64,000 nucleotides of DNA, from the NCBI GenBank assembly GCA_010093605.1, contig MU004194.1, positions 1,464,323-1,528,322 of the forward strand, in the 5' to 3' direction. The stretch's first letter is position 1. Each line of letters starts with the position of its first letter. Below the pieces are notes generated by a model that saw nothing but the letters and a program-made list of their open reading frames with translations, had not been told where the DNA came from and did not search any database. A program made the translations under genes and the position numbers. This document shows positions 37,074 through 50,285 of this stretch, one piece after another. The DNA comes from Lophium mytilinum. Taxonomy: Eukaryota.

Positions 37074-39002
37074 AGCAAACAGGCAGGGCCTCTACTGTTC
37101 CCTCAATGGTCACACACTCCTATCAAGGCCAATATATGATTTTCGGGGGTCGGTAAAAGGTTCGAGGGATTCGGCAATTGGGACAGGCGGAGGGCGTGTC
37201 GAAGGACGAAGAGAGGAGGCCGATCTCTCCAAGAGGTGTGGGAATAGTGCGGCTCGAAGTTCGAAGGCGAAGCTTTCGGTGTGGTACGTTGTAAAACGGC
37301 GAGGGTAGGATGCGGCAGATATCAAAGCTGTGAGACCTCGTGGCTGCAGGTACGGCGCGACGGTCGAATGGCGGGAGAGCTGCAAGACCAGAGGGGTTCA
37401 GGTTAGAGCGGATCGGTACGTGGTACTCGATGGAGCTTGGCCAGAATGCGATGGGCGAGGAGAGCCGGGAGAGAGGGTGGAGGTATGGGGAGGGCACGTT
37501 TTGGGAGATACAATAGAACTGGAGATGACATACCGGCGCCCAGCAACGTTGGCTGCAGGAATGCTCCTCCTGAGCGTGGAGCTCTCGCCAGCCCGTGCCT
37601 AGCTATCCGTATACCAGCTGTTTAGGGAGCTGGCGCGGGCGTAGCCTCAGCATGGCGGCGGGCATGCATCATGGGAGAACAGCTCTGGGGCCGTTATTGG
37701 CAGGGAGTAGTCTGGCACGGCACAGGGACAGAGCGACGCCGCCGGGAGAGGTGCCCAGGAACGTTATAATTGCAGCCGTTCACGCCGTTCTGTGCCTTGC
37801 GCGCCGAAAGCTTGATAGACGGGATGGGAGAGGAAAGGTGCTAGCTGAAGGCAAGGAATTCACTGCTTGGCCGCGACTGCCCCTCAATCATGCCCGCCAG
37901 TGGACACCCTGACACCAACTTTTAGGCTCCTCGAGATCTCGCAGATCATGCTGCTGTTCACGCCAGCCGTTCTCCCGCTCTGGACCAATCGCTGCCAGAA
38001 TGCTCGCTGGGAGGCGGCGGAAGGAGCTGCACTCCTGAGCGGCCATGCCGCGATGGCGAAATAGCAGACGTCAATCCAGGCCTCGAAGCAGCAAGTGGGC
38101 GCACCCTACGCCGGCCGGGCTGCTGCCAGCTCACCAGCTTAATCTGCCGTCTGATGCCTGCGGTTTGTCCATGCTCCCTCAAGCGAGGTCGCATATTGCT
38201 GCCCGCGGCCTTATGCAATTGGCTCGCAGGCGCCGCACTACCGCCTGTTCACCAGAGTCAGCCCGTCTGGAGAAGCCTCCACGCCGAGTTCCGTGATACC
38301 GCGCTGGATGTCACTGAGACTGGCCACGGTTGCTGGGCTCGCCACAACCTCGGAGCCTTGAGCGACTGCATCGACAGCTGCGGTGGGCGAGGCCGTTTCA
38401 GCAGCAGCAGAAGTCGCTTGACGTAGAAATCCTCCGCTGTCCTCTGCTGTCGTGTGCTTCAAGCGCCCTGGCACTAGGGTCGGCGTGCCCTAGGCCAGAT
38501 GCAGTGACGCTCAGGACGCAGAGCCAGACTTGCAGATGGTGGGACATGCGCTGACTAACTCAGCATTCTCACTGACGATTATCTCCACACCAAACTACCA
38601 GGCCATTTTGACACCGTGAGAGAATGTACGCAAGTAGCAGACGAAGCTAACCATACACACAGAACGCTGTCAATATATTCATTAAAATGGAAAGCGTTGA
38701 AGTGATGTGCACGGCCCAATTCTGACTTGTCCCACAGTCCTGCGTCCTCGGCGGCTCCTGTCTCTGTGCATTCGCTACGATGTACCTTGCTGCAAGGTAC
38801 GCCCACTCTCCCCAATCGAAGCCAAGTCTGCATTCCAGCGGAGGCCGCCGTTGGGGCCTTCCAAGGGAGCTGCCTGTAATCTTGCCGCTCCACTATAACG
38901 GCTCACTTCCGAGCGTGGTGCAAGAGGAAATATTGATGCTAGGGAGTGTCATCTCATCATCACGGCTCCATACGTGCGGGTTGTCGTGTTTCCAGTGGGG
39001 GC

Positions 39003-39200
39003 CGAAAATTCTTCAGCTTCACCGCTGGTGGGGACATGAAGACGTAGTGGGGATATTAGGCTCACAACGGTTCCTTTGGGTTAGGGGTGGCTGCTGGAAT
39101 TTTCTTCGTTTTCACCGCTGTGGGGATATTGACGATGCAGTAGTGGGTATATTAGGTATTTGAGAAGATCCTTTGGGGCAGGGTGACTGCTGGAATTTTC
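39003..39200 (+). repeat. Degenerate tandem duplication of a ~95-100 bp unit
   Basis: ttcaccgctg(g)tgggga...gtagtgg.atattagg...tcctttggg...ctgctggaatttt occurs twice head to tail. Confidence 0.75.
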
Positions 39201-39466
39201 CACGCTATATATATCCGGTTCATGCCTGAGAAACCATACTAGGTAATCTGTTGACACTCGCTTAGGTTGCTTCGATATATTCCAGAATTTTGGAGACGTA
39301 TCGAGCTATCTCAAACGGTATTATGAACGTGTGAGCACGCCGATGTCCTAGTACTCCATCCATTACAAACGCCAAGCTGCCATGCGGGAAAGAAATAACG
39401 GCTAAAAAATACGTCTTTTTCGCGTGATGTCATATGCTACAGGGAATAAAAGAGAAGCGCGTCCCA

Positions 39467-40495
39467 TCATACTGAAGGTCGGTTGACGACTGGGTCTTGC
39501 TGGTAAGAAAGATCTGAAACTACAGAGAGCTCGTCCACTGCTCTTCGTCCATAGTGTGGTGCCGTAGCCGAGAATTCGGAGATGTTATCGTCGTCGTGCG
39601 GGTCACTAAAAGGTGAAAGGGTGTGCTCCTGTGCAGCCATTAGGTTTGTTTGAGACAATGCTGCAGGAGGCGGGCTTCGAAGGCTCGTATTTCGTGAGAG
39701 CGGCGCTAGACTACGAGGTCGATATGGGGGAGGTGGCTCTTCGTGTTGCGGGTCAACGAATGGATTGCCGAGGCCCGTGGGCTGAGGCGGCGGATGAGCC
39801 TCATGCATCGATACTACATCGGAAGTATCGATTCCCGTATAGTACGCTCCATTTGAATTCGGAGAGATCGGTCCCAGAATGACAGGCTGAGGTGGCATAG
39901 GCGAAAGCCCTGGCGGAGGTGGGCCTGATGGTCGATGGTAGTATGCCTGCTCCACCGCGGGAATGTCCCTCTTCATCATCTCCTGCTGCGCAAGAGCCTG
40001 GTTCTTGTGGCGCCGACGTCTTCGAATATACAAGAACAGTATTACTCCGAGGATAGCCAAGCATGCGAGCGGGATAACAGCCGCAGCGACATGCTTTACG
40101 AGCTTGGAATGCTGCGACCCGTCGTCGTCTTGAGGCAACGTAGTAGAGACAGGAACAGGCGATTTTGTGGTGCTTGAGCCATCAGTGCCCGACGGATTCG
40201 GACTTGTCTCCCAAGGCTTTGGTGGACCTGTTGTCTGGAGCAATGTAGTTGCTACCGTCTCTAGCGCCGGAACTGGATCGGTTGTTGATGGAGTCGGCGA
40301 AGAGTATAGTCCTCCAAGAAGTGGATTGGTGGGATTCGGTACTGGCGGAGTAGGATGGAGGTGTTCTGTCCAAATAGACCCCATTGGGTTATCACTGACT
40401 ACAGGAGCAGTCCAGACGGCGTCGTCGCTTGAGAATGGCCAATTGTTCCAGTCATCGGATTCGCGGGGCTCACGAATCTCGACACCAAAGGACAT
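39467..40495 (-). CDS. Single-pass membrane protein with a S/T/P-rich N-terminal region and PPPPY motif
   Basis: 342-aa ORF. TM segment AAAVIPLACLAILGVILFLYI is followed by RRRRR; the cytosolic tail has EEPPPPY. Confidence 0.8.
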   Translation of the reverse strand: MSFGVEIREPRESDDWNNWPFSSDDAVWTAPVVSDNPMGSIWTEHLHPTPPVPNPTNPLLGGLYSSPTPSTTDPVPALETVATTLLQTTGPPKPWETSPNPSGTDGSSTTKSPVPVSTTLPQDDDGSQHSKLVKHVAAAVIPLACLAILGVILFLYIRRRRRHKNQALAQQEMMKRDIPAVEQAYYHRPSGPPPPGLSPMPPQPVILGPISPNSNGAYYTGIDTSDVVSMHEAHPPPQPTGLGNPFVDPQHEEPPPPYRPRSLAPLSRNTSLRSPPPAALSQTNLMAAQEHTLSPFSDPHDDDNISEFSATAPHYGRRAVDELSVVSDLSYQQDPVVNRPSV

Positions 40496-42479
40496 GGCGG
40501 ACAGACCAAGAAATAGGTCTTCTGGGGATGTCCGTCAACCTTGGTGAGGCGTGCTGAGCGGATGAGTAGGCTGACACACAGCCCCGGGCGTCGGACTTGG
40601 TACGGTGTAGGAGGGCGGTGATAGGAGCCTGGAGTTCCTGTGTGGAGCGGATCTGACTCGTTTTCCACTTGTCTATCAGACACGTCGTAAGCACTGTGCT
40701 CGATTTCTGAGAGATGGTGGGCGAAGCAATGGTTGTGGATGGTGGGGCCGACGTCGGGAACTCACTGAGACAGCTTATGCAGGCAAGAACATATCCAAGG
40801 CTTGTAGAACCGACAATCTGGTCGCGCTAGAGGAGAGACTTTTAAGGCGTCTGGTGGTCTCTATGGGACCCAAAGTTGCCGTAAGGGTTGCGGAAAGGTG
40901 TGAGGCTCAAGTACCCACGAGAGAACGAGGTGACTATCTGAAGGACGGAAGAGAGTGCAAGGTGGCATCTCTTCGTACGAAGTTGGCCTCTCTCTCGACA
41001 TCCCGGTGGCCAACAGGAGGACAAGGCCGGAGCTGAATGTTGGTTTGGACGAAGCATCTTCGAGGATTCCAGCATAGCCTCAGAGGATGCAGCACAAGTC
41101 GCGGAACACCACCCCACCCGCTTGGACTTGGGATATTTTTAGCCGGCCCTAGCACGGCGATCATGAGCTTGGCCTAAAGTCTCCTCGCCGCTCAAATTGT
41201 TCAAGAGTTTCGCATGATACGCGTTTCAACTTGAACAGAACGCTGGGCCTTCGCAGCTCTCCCCGTCTCTGCACAGATGCTGGATGCTACCACCCACCGC
41301 AGCCTCAGTACAACACAGCAACGTTGACCACCAGAAAGGCTAGCCGACACACGTTACACTAGCCGCAGCCGGCTGCACTGTGCCGATCTATCCCTCTCTA
41401 GACCAGCTGCAACACCATGTAGGCTGTGAGCAATCATAGTCGTAGGCCGACATGCCGAGTCGTCGTGAGCGTCACCGAGCCACCGCCTAGACTCAGTATT
41501 CTCTTTCTCGAGCCAATGGGGAAGTCAACCCAAGTCTGGGACCTGGGCGGCTTTCATTTGTTGTACGGCTATTAATTTACTTACCTCTGTACAAAGGTAT
41601 CTGTCAGTCTTTTCACCCACGGTTGAATGATACATTCGTATCTAGTCGTGATGTCACATCTTGGAAGCCGCATCAGGGCATCCACGTTCTCTGCTCGGAG
41701 CGCTTATCTATATGCTGCACAACTGGATGACTCTCGAATGTGGCACAGCGAGATGCGGAGGCTCTTCCGATTGCGGGTGTATGCTATCCTTGCAATTAGT
41801 CGACAATTTGATCAGGCTCTTGAGGTACAGAAAGAGTGGAATGTAAGGAAAGTCCACGTTAGTACTTGGATGGTTATGAATAATAGTCGTCATTGCACCT
41901 GCTTTTGCCGTTCACGAGGTGCTCCAGTTATTAGGCTATGCCTCGCGTGATATAGAGTACATCGATGATCTGTCATATTATTGTATTATATCGATCTACT
42001 TACAAGACGATATCTAGACACGATTTGTAAATGGCCAATCACTTCTGTAGAGCCTGATAGTAGCAGCTAGTGATATTGCTCGTTGGACGTTGTAGCTGTC
42101 ACGTGCATTATTCCATCCTAGGCTAGCTCTATCGCTTACTAAGCGCGCAAACCGCATATCCTTCGCGAAATCTCAGACTCTCTTCTCTCCGCAGAAAGTT
42201 GCACCCAGATTCTCGAAATTTGACTCCTCACCCTTCTTCCATGGGCGTGGAGTTGTATTAGCTGGGGAGATCGAATCGTTGCTCCCAAGAACCCAAGCCC
42301 CTCCTACGTGGGTTGACGTGGTCCCGTAGCTCCGATACAAACCTTCCGGAAGACCCAAACCTCTTCGCGCACCCACAAACACCGCCACGATGGATGCATA
42401 AACCCCTTCTGAAGCAGCCTTTGCGCTCGCTTTGGAGCCACCCTCAATCCTTGACATACAACCGCGCCCGTGAAAACCT

Positions 42480-43205
42480 ATGGACGCCGTGTCCGTATCG
42501 CGACCTCGCCGTCGTCCGGAAGCTAAGCCATTCCGCTTCTTCGACCTCCCCGCCGAGCTGCGTCTAAAGATCCTCGACTTCGTCCTCGTGCTGCCCAATA
42601 CGATCGACCTTGATCCTGATAACTATCGCTATGTTGCGCCGCGCCTCAGGCTGTTCCTCGTGAGCCACCGCATGCACTTGGAGGCAGCCGCGTGCTTCTT
42701 CGGCAGCAATACCTTCCGAATTTTCCCTATCCACGGCCGCTTCTTCCACACCAAAAAGCCACTCCTCGTCCGCCTCTCCCCACGCTACCGCGCCTTCATA
42801 AAGACAATAGAGCTGAGGCTTGGGCCGGGTTGGACGAAGCCACCCAAGTGCTGGGTTGTGGATGCGCGGCTGGGGTTGGGAGAGATGACGAAAGGACGGC
42901 TGCTAAAGATATTCGTGGAGTGCGACCCAGCGTCAGATGAGATATTCGAAGGGTTCCGTGCCGGCCAGGACTTCTACACGTTCTTCTGCAAAGACTTGGT
43001 GCAAAATGTGCTGGAACAAGTTCCGTCGTTGGCGGAGGTCCAATTCGATGCTTATCCGTCGGTCACCAAGGGGTCTCCGCTGATGCAGGCTCTAATCAGC
43101 GAGGGGAGGGCGAGGCATAAGAGGATCACATATGGACCGCTCCGAGGGTGGCGCGGTACGGACATAGGTAAGGCAATGGCGGCGCTGCGTATTGCGGCAC
43201 CGTAG
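42480..43205 (+). CDS. F-box-like domain protein
   Basis: 241-aa ORF with FRFFDLPAELRLKILDFVL and LFLVSHRMHLEAAACFFGSNTF. Confidence 0.8.
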   Translation: MDAVSVSRPRRRPEAKPFRFFDLPAELRLKILDFVLVLPNTIDLDPDNYRYVAPRLRLFLVSHRMHLEAAACFFGSNTFRIFPIHGRFFHTKKPLLVRLSPRYRAFIKTIELRLGPGWTKPPKCWVVDARLGLGEMTKGRLLKIFVECDPASDEIFEGFRAGQDFYTFFCKDLVQNVLEQVPSLAEVQFDAYPSVTKGSPLMQALISEGRARHKRITYGPLRGWRGTDIGKAMAALRIAAP

Positions 43206-43264
43206 GCTGTATATAGGATTGAAATCTTACATAATTCTACTTCATACTTCATTCAAAGTTTGGA

Positions 43265-43680
43265 AAATGTATTGAGGCACTTCAGGCAGTAGTAGTCCCG
43301 TGTCACAAACCCGTTTCGCTCGGGACTCTGAAAACCTATTGAGGCACGTCAGACGCCGTCAAACCGGTGTACACATATGCACATTACACCAAGATCTCTA
43401 GAAGCTTATTGAGATATGTTAGACCTCCTCAAATCGGTACACATAGATGCACGTTCTGACAGAATCTTTTAGGATGTATCAAGGCATCTCATACGGTGCT
43501 ATGAAGATTGCAATCCAATTTAGAAGCCCAGCCAATTCGCCCGCTCCATTACAACTACCTGGGCGAGCTCATCATTCCTAGGAATGTACTCTGGGGCTTC
43601 AAATTGGGCGTACGCAGATGCACGTTTTACTCAACACTTTTAAGATGTGTTGAGGCGCTTCAAACGGTGCCATTCAGGTT
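43265..43680 (+). repeat. Degenerate ~70-bp tandem repeat (4-5 copies)
   Basis: The motif (a/g)ttgaggca.(t/g)tca.ac recurs at ~43271, 43338, 43408, 43478 and 43649, with linked gcac(a/g)tt...atct.t motifs. Confidence 0.6.
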
Positions 43681-43812
43681 ACAATTCAAGAGAAGAACCT
43701 AGCCAATTCACCCATTCCATTACAATTACCGCGGTAACCCCACCGATCCTGCAGAAACTCCAAAACAACCCATTGTTCCGCCAACAGTCACAATTAGCTC
43801 CCAAAGTCACAA

Positions 43813-44644
43813 CTACTCCCTCATCGCCCGGTACCCAGCGGCACGCTGCTTCACCAACCGCTCCACCTCCTCCTGCGCCCGCGCCAACGCTTCCGCCTGT
43901 TGATCCCACTTTTTGTACATATTGTACATCATCTTCTCTCGGGCCTCCGCGTCCTCCATCTGCTGCTTCTTTATGGCCTCGATCTCCCTATCCTGCTCAC
44001 AACAAGCCACGCTGAGCCGCTCCACCGCCTCCTGCACGCTCCCTAGCTCCGCGTTGAACCTAAATGTTAAATAAAGTGCACAAATGGTAGGGACTTCCGT
44101 GATACCTCTTGGTAATAGCAACGATAACGTTACGCTTCGCCACACACTTCCGGTCCTTTTCCTCACAGATCTTCCCAATGCGTTCGACCTCCGCCTGCTT
44201 CGTCTCGACCTCCGCGTGCGCCTCCACCAGACGCTTCGCGCTCTCCTCCTGCTTCTTCTCCTCCTTCTCCAACTTCTCCCCGATGCGTTCGACCTCCGCG
44301 TGCTTCGCCTCGACCTCCGCGTGCGCTTCCTCGAGACGCTTCGCGCTCTCCTCCTGCTCCTTCTCCATCTTCTCCACCATCTCCCCCAAGCGTCGCACCT
44401 CTCCCTGCGCTTCTTCAAGCGCTTTGGCAGCCTCCGCGTGCTTCCCGGCCAAAAAACCGGCCTCGGCGTCCTTCTCCTCGCACGCGGCGTGCAGCCGCGC
44501 AAGCTCGTTGTCGGCGCCGAACAGGCGGAGCTCGAGGCTGATGGCGGTCGCGGCGAGGGCCTTGGTGGGGCGGTTGAGGGCGGCGAAGAGGGTGGAGGTT
44601 CCGGTGGCGGCGGCGTGCGCGGTTGTGTTGGATGATTCGGACAT
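43813..44644 (-). CDS. Coiled-coil hypothetical protein with an internal 35-aa duplication
   Basis: Exon 1 44148-44644, intron 44060-44147, exon 2 43813-44059. EESAKRL.EAHAEVE.K.AEVERIG is repeated at 105-nt spacing. Confidence 0.7.
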
Positions 44645-45254
44645 GGTGGTTTGATGCGCGAGAGTTGTGTGTGAGATGTGACGATGTGTGGTACGCTTTG
44701 TGAAGCTTTGGTGTGATGTGTGGGAGGTGTGGTGCGTGGAGGGTGGAGGGTGAGAGCCGGACGAGGTTTTGTTTACGTTTTTTGGAGGAGGCTTGGCGCG
44801 GTTTGTGTGGTGTGGGATGGCGATGGCTGGGTGGCTTCAGTGGGTTGAGTTGGTGCGGAAAAGAGATGGGCGGGTGGTTTGGGTTGATGGGTTGGGGGAC
44901 CTCAGACGGCGGTAGGATGGTGTGTGCAGGTGGCCATCCTAGCAACGGGGCGTCGCGATTGAGGGTGGAGGGGTGATAATAGAGAAGAGGGTTGCGAATT
45001 GGAGGCCGCTGCAGAGGATGATGGACTGAATATGCCGGCGTCTGAGGTGCCCCGGCGAGTTTTCAAACCAGTCAATACGATTTACTTCGGGTTTTTGATA
45101 GTGAGTTGAAGCACTCATGACGGCGGCAAGACGGTGTACACAGACGAATGGCTAAGTACTGGAATTGGGGATTGATGGTAGTAGATTATAAGGATGGGAG
45201 AAGAAGATGAGGAGAGCTGAACAGAAGCGGTGAGGTTGGGATCTGCGGTGAGTG

Positions 45255-45690
45255 ACCGTGATCAAAGACACCCCCTGACCTATTGACAGCTTCGGATCAG
45301 AATCACATGTCAGCAGTGTGATTTGCGAGCTCTGGAGATCGATATCACAGAACCTTGGTATTGCTGAAGGCATTTTCAGGAACTTCATATCAGAAGAGTG
45401 AGGTTTTGAGTTGGGGTAAGAGGACAATGACTACAGACATCTCTCAACAAACCTGAAGTTGTGGGAACAATATCACATGACGAGGGTGTGATTTGCGAGG
45501 CCTTGGAATGCTCATTGACCATTGGATGTGAAGGCAGCATGCATATCCACAAAGCCTCAAATTAGGGCGGGGAGGCTGTGAACTGGGGGTATATGACAGT
45601 GACTAAAGACACCCATGACCATACTCACAATTTTGGGAGCCAACTAACTTAATAGCAGCGTGATTCGCGATGCCTAACAAACAAGATCTA
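45255..45690 (+). repeat. Degenerate ~170-bp tandem repeat (~2.5-3 copies)
   Basis: gtgtgatttgcgag at ~45316 and ~45486, gcgtgattcgcga at ~45658, and aaagacacccNtgacc at ~45264 and ~45605. Confidence 0.6.
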
Positions 45691-45815
45691 CATGACATAC
45701 GTTATTAGCATGCATGGCCTCATGATTTTGAATCTGACTTGAATTTCTCCGATAAAGACGTACATATTAGTGCACGACGAGGTGGCCTTCGGAGACGTGA
45801 ACGACATCCCAGAGC

Positions 45816-47090
45816 CTACAGCTTCGCCGCCAGACTCTTCTGCTCCTTCGCTTGCTCAACCAACTTCCAGCATATCTCAGCCGCGGGTTTCATTTCCTCT
45901 CCGACCTTCTTCGCCTGTTCGCTACTCGCCTGGCGCACGGCATACCGCGCCGCAATACCTTGGAAAATGACGCTGTCTCGCCACATAGCAAAGGCAGTCC
46001 CCCAAGCAATTTCGGGAGCGGGGTCCCAGCCAGCAACATCGCGATACCAAGAAATACATTGAGCGCGAGATGGAAGGCCTGCGGGATGATTGAAAGGGTG
46101 GAAGGCGGGATGGGAGTTCCGGCGAGAGGTATCGAAGGCAGTGATTGTCCAGGGCACGATGAGATTCGAGAGATCAGAAAGCGGGTGACCAATAGTTGCC
46201 ATCTCCCAGCTATCAGGGTCAGTATCGGACCTTTTCAAAAGAAGAGTAAGGGCACTGGCTTACTCTAATATCCCAATAACGCGAGGCTCTGTCCTGTGGT
46301 ACACCAGGTTATCAATTTTGTAGTCTCCGTGGATCGGGTTGCCTCGATCTTTCGGTTGGCTTTTGGGATCGCTGAAATACTGAACCAGTTCGTCGAAGCG
46401 TGGGACTTTGCCGACTGCCTGGCCTGTCTCGACATCCTTAGCAACGCTCTGGGCGTCTCCGAGTTGTGTGAAGGTGTTAATTTGGCGATTGTAGAAGCCA
46501 GTTGGCTTTCCGAAAGTCGAGAGACCAATTGAGGCCGGATTTAACCTGTGAAGCTTGGCCAATGTTCGTACTGCGTCGTGCCACCTGGGATACGCGTTAG
46601 TACCAGTCTCGCTTTGGCATTGGAAGTTGAGCAACCCTACATCTCATTCCTCTCCTCGGGCGAGACTCCAGGAAAGTGCGGCTCCGTCACAATCCTACCG
46701 TCCAAGAATTCCATGATGTAAAATGGTGTTCCGACCACCGAGTCGTCCTCGCATAGCCCATACGTCTTGGGTACTGGGACGTCCGTGTTCTGCAACGCGT
46801 TTATGATCCGATACTCCCGCTCGACTTTGTGTGCACTCTTTGATACCAGCTTCCCCGGCGGCTTTTTGCGCATTACAAACTTGGATCCCCGCGCGTCGGT
46901 GATTTGGTATGTGGGGTTGGACTGGCCAAAGCCGAACTGAAGTCATATTGTCAGCATTCAGGTGTCCGAGAAGGGATAATGGCATACGCACCTGCTTGAG
47001 AGTGATTGGAGTCTTGATGTCGGCGACATTCTTCTCAATGTACTTCTCCAGTGAGGAGATATCAATGGGCTGTCGAACTGGCCCCGCCAT
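45816..47090 (-). CDS. APH-family phosphotransferase (ACAD10/11 kinase-domain-like) with peroxisomal PTS1 -AKL
   Basis: Multi-exon gene starting [10 protein letters not shown]. Motifs [71 protein letters not shown] and QGIAAR; ends AKL*. Confidence 0.93.
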
Positions 47091-47614
47091 GATTCGCTCA
47101 GGAAACAATGTATGTAGTTGTGAAAGGTAGGGTGACACTGAGAGCTCCAAAGCTATGAAGGATGAATCTTTTGGTAGCCACCTGCTAAAGCGAGGTCAGG
47201 GACGCGCATGGCTGGACCCAGGCTCTGCAGCTCCGTTGTCTGTTGCTTTGGTCCCCTCGACTTGCTCACCTCGGCTTTTGGTGATTCAGTTCCCGCGACT
47301 GGCTAGGCAATTCTGGGCTTAGTGTGGTGGTGTTTAAACAGACGTGGAGATGTCGTCGGGAGATCTTAACCGTTGCCATCAAAATCCTAGCCATCTGCCC
47401 ATGCAGACTGTCCTAGAAGTATAATCAGCTCGCGAGTTACCGTGAGGCTTGATGCTGCATTGAAACAACGCCTCGCTGCGATTGATCTCTTTCGAGAACT
47501 AACACTTTTCACGACCACTAAACTTCTGTTAAAGCAGCTTACAATCGCAGTTCTAGTCATCAGAGGCACTTCCCACAGTGCTGATATGATTCGCTAGCAC
47601 TCAGTTCAGCCGAA

Positions 47615-49566
47615 GTGATTGAATCTTCGTTCGCGCCCTATGAGTCCCAATGTGCATCAATCGCCCTTTGCGTGCTCTGTTCCTATTTCTGGGAGGAAGG
47701 GAAAGGGAAAAAGAGAAATCCGATTCGCATTTCGCTTGCCAGCATCAAGCAACGCACAGCTACTATTCTTCTACATCGCGTGGCGCCTCGGGGTGATAAA
47801 CCCATCGCAAAGGTCGTCATATCTATGGGTAAGTGTCTACTCAAAAATCGTCTGCTTTTTATGGACATGGATATGCTCAAACCTAAGCTACGTTCTTGGT
47901 ATCGGAAAGACAGACTTGTGAGCAACAACAAACATCGGCCTTACGCTTTTGCAAACAGGAGTTTGACGAATGCTCATCATCTCACACACATTGCTTACCT
48001 TATACTGGAGATACAACTCTTTTACCAAAGAGAGTGATTGATGTCGGACGTGTGGATTCCCTTGATGAGCCTCATCTATTGGTCACTGAAGAAATGTATG
48101 GCGATTATCTTGCGCTGTCTCACTGCTGGGGCCAATTTCCGCAATTCACTACGACTTTGGAAACGCTCTTACAGAGAGTTCACAGCATTCCCATCGCCGA
48201 GCTGCCGAAAACCTTCGCCGATGCAGTCTTAATTACACACTCCTTGGGATTTAGGTACTTGTGGATTGACTCACTTTGCATACTTCAAAATCTGGACAAA
48301 AAAGACTGGGGAGTGGAGGTTGGCAACATGTCCTCTATTTACCAAAATGCACGCATGACTATTGCCGCAACATCTGCAGCTGAAAGCCGCGAAGGCTGCT
48401 TTCCTTCCCGAATTGCGCCCTTTGCGAGCGATCGGACTGTATTGAAGATACGCATCGATAAATCGTCATGCGAACGAGTAACCTCGGAATGGTTCCCTCA
48501 ATTCCTCGTGCGCTTTGCAACCGGAGGTGCACAAGCACTGTCTGCATATACGGATACCCCTCTCCGTCAAAGGGCTTGGGTGCTTCAGGAGATAATTCTT
48601 TCCCCACGCGTTCTATTCTTCGCACAAAATCTAGTTTACTGGATGTGTGCGGAGTGTGTTGCGTCCGAGGATGGGCTTTACAAAGACGAAGACTGCTCTT
48701 CAATCATCCAGCGCCCTCAGACTCTCAAATCTGAGCTTTATCAACGGGTAGAAGAATCGTCCTTGTTTCTCAACGGGACTCCTGCTTTGATTGCTCTCTG
48801 GTACGACTTCGTCGAGGACTACAGTTCCAGACATCTTACCCATAGTAGCGATAAGCTTGGGGCTATAGCAGGCATGACTCGTCATTTCCGGAACGAGATG
48901 TGCAATGAGATGCCTGCTATGGGACTGTGGGAATCGGACCTACGCCATGGCATCCTTTGGCTTCCGAATACTCATCTGACTTCTAAGCGAATATTTGGTT
49001 TCCCTTCCTGGTCATGGCTGTCCTTTGATGGGCCGGTCTTGTTTTCTATCCGTAACTTCGTTTCCGATAGCAATGACGCAGAGTTCTTACCAGTGAGCAT
49101 CGATTGGTCCGGAAAGGAGCTCACCTCAAACCTTCGACGAGCCAGCATCCAGATAAGAGCAAAAGTGGTTACCGTTACCTCTGTCGTAGTATGCAGGCAA
49201 GGTATTGAAGATGCACAGCTATGGAGAAAACCAAACCGAGCAATCCATTCGTTCCAAAAGGTTGATGGTACACTATACGGCGAGGCTATTTTTGATAACG
49301 AGCCAGAGACTATCAACGATACCTTCCCAGAGGTTTTTATCTCTGAACCTTTTGTCGGCACCCAAGATCTCACGTTGCTCAACATTTCGCAAGAACAGCG
49401 ATTTTGGGGTAAAAAATCTCAGGATGAATGTAATAACTTTTTCATAGTTGTGCGGCAGGAAAGCGGCTTTTATCGCAGGATAGGGGTGGCGTTCGTTCGA
49501 ACTCAACTCGTCACCAAACTCTCACCTATGGTGACCCTACCGAAAGTGCTAGTTGAGCTAGAGTGA
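47615..49566 (+). CDS. HET-domain (heterokaryon incompatibility) protein; 5' end uncertain
   Basis: Motifs LPKRVIDV, YLALSHCWG, LPKTFADAV, RYLWIDSLCILQ, MSSIYQNA and PLRQRAWVLQE..LSPR. A probable phase-1 intron (~47829-47888) joins the 47615 ORF to the 47896 ORF. Confidence 0.9.
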
Positions 49567-49865
49567 CAAGGGGGCATGAAATACGTGGCACTCGTATTCA
49601 TTCTAGAAAGCCGCAACGGATGTGAGCGCGTGTATAGCACCACTGCTTGGGTTGCTTCAATGCATTTCCAGAAATCTAACGGGACAGAAACCGGCCACTT
49701 CGGACTATATGAAAAGTCGTTGAGGCATCTCAAGCATTAGCAGACATGGGTCCTTGCCCTAAAATACAATGCAATAATTTCTTTCTAGGCTGTCTTCATC
49801 GAGTGCCTCATCAGATCAAAGTACATCCCCTCTCAACCATCCTTCTCGCAGCTAGTCTCGAGTTC

Positions 49866-50285
49866 CTCTTCACTCATCTCGTAGATTCAAACCATCCCTC
49901 AACGTCACCAGCGCTTACACTCGCAACGGCCTCGCCCTCCCCATTCAGGCTCTTCAACAGGTTCCCCATCTACCAGTCCGAGAGATTGGAGTATATAGCC
50001 CCATAACACTAATCATCGTTAGGGTTAAACATCCAATCCGCACGATACGGCATATCCTTGATATTCCCACAAAGACACATCACAGTCTTCTTCCAGCAAT
50101 CCGTGCTGCCCCCACAAGTCCCATCATCCTTCCCCGCACGCTTTAGATACGCCGCGTTGATCGGAATCACCTTCGTCAAATCGCACATGGGAAGGTTGAA
50201 GGCCGTAGACAATTCCGCTGTGCCCTGGGCTTCCCCGTTCGCCTCGAGTCTCGACACCATATCATCATCCGACAACTCCGACCTC
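49866..50285 (-). pseudogene. Cys-rich gene fragment with two in-frame TAG stops
   Basis: The frame reads ...FNLPMCDL...CGGSTDCWKKTVMCLCG...NPNDD*CYGAIYSNLSDW*MGNLLKSLNG...FESTR*. No 5' exon was found. Confidence 0.45.
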
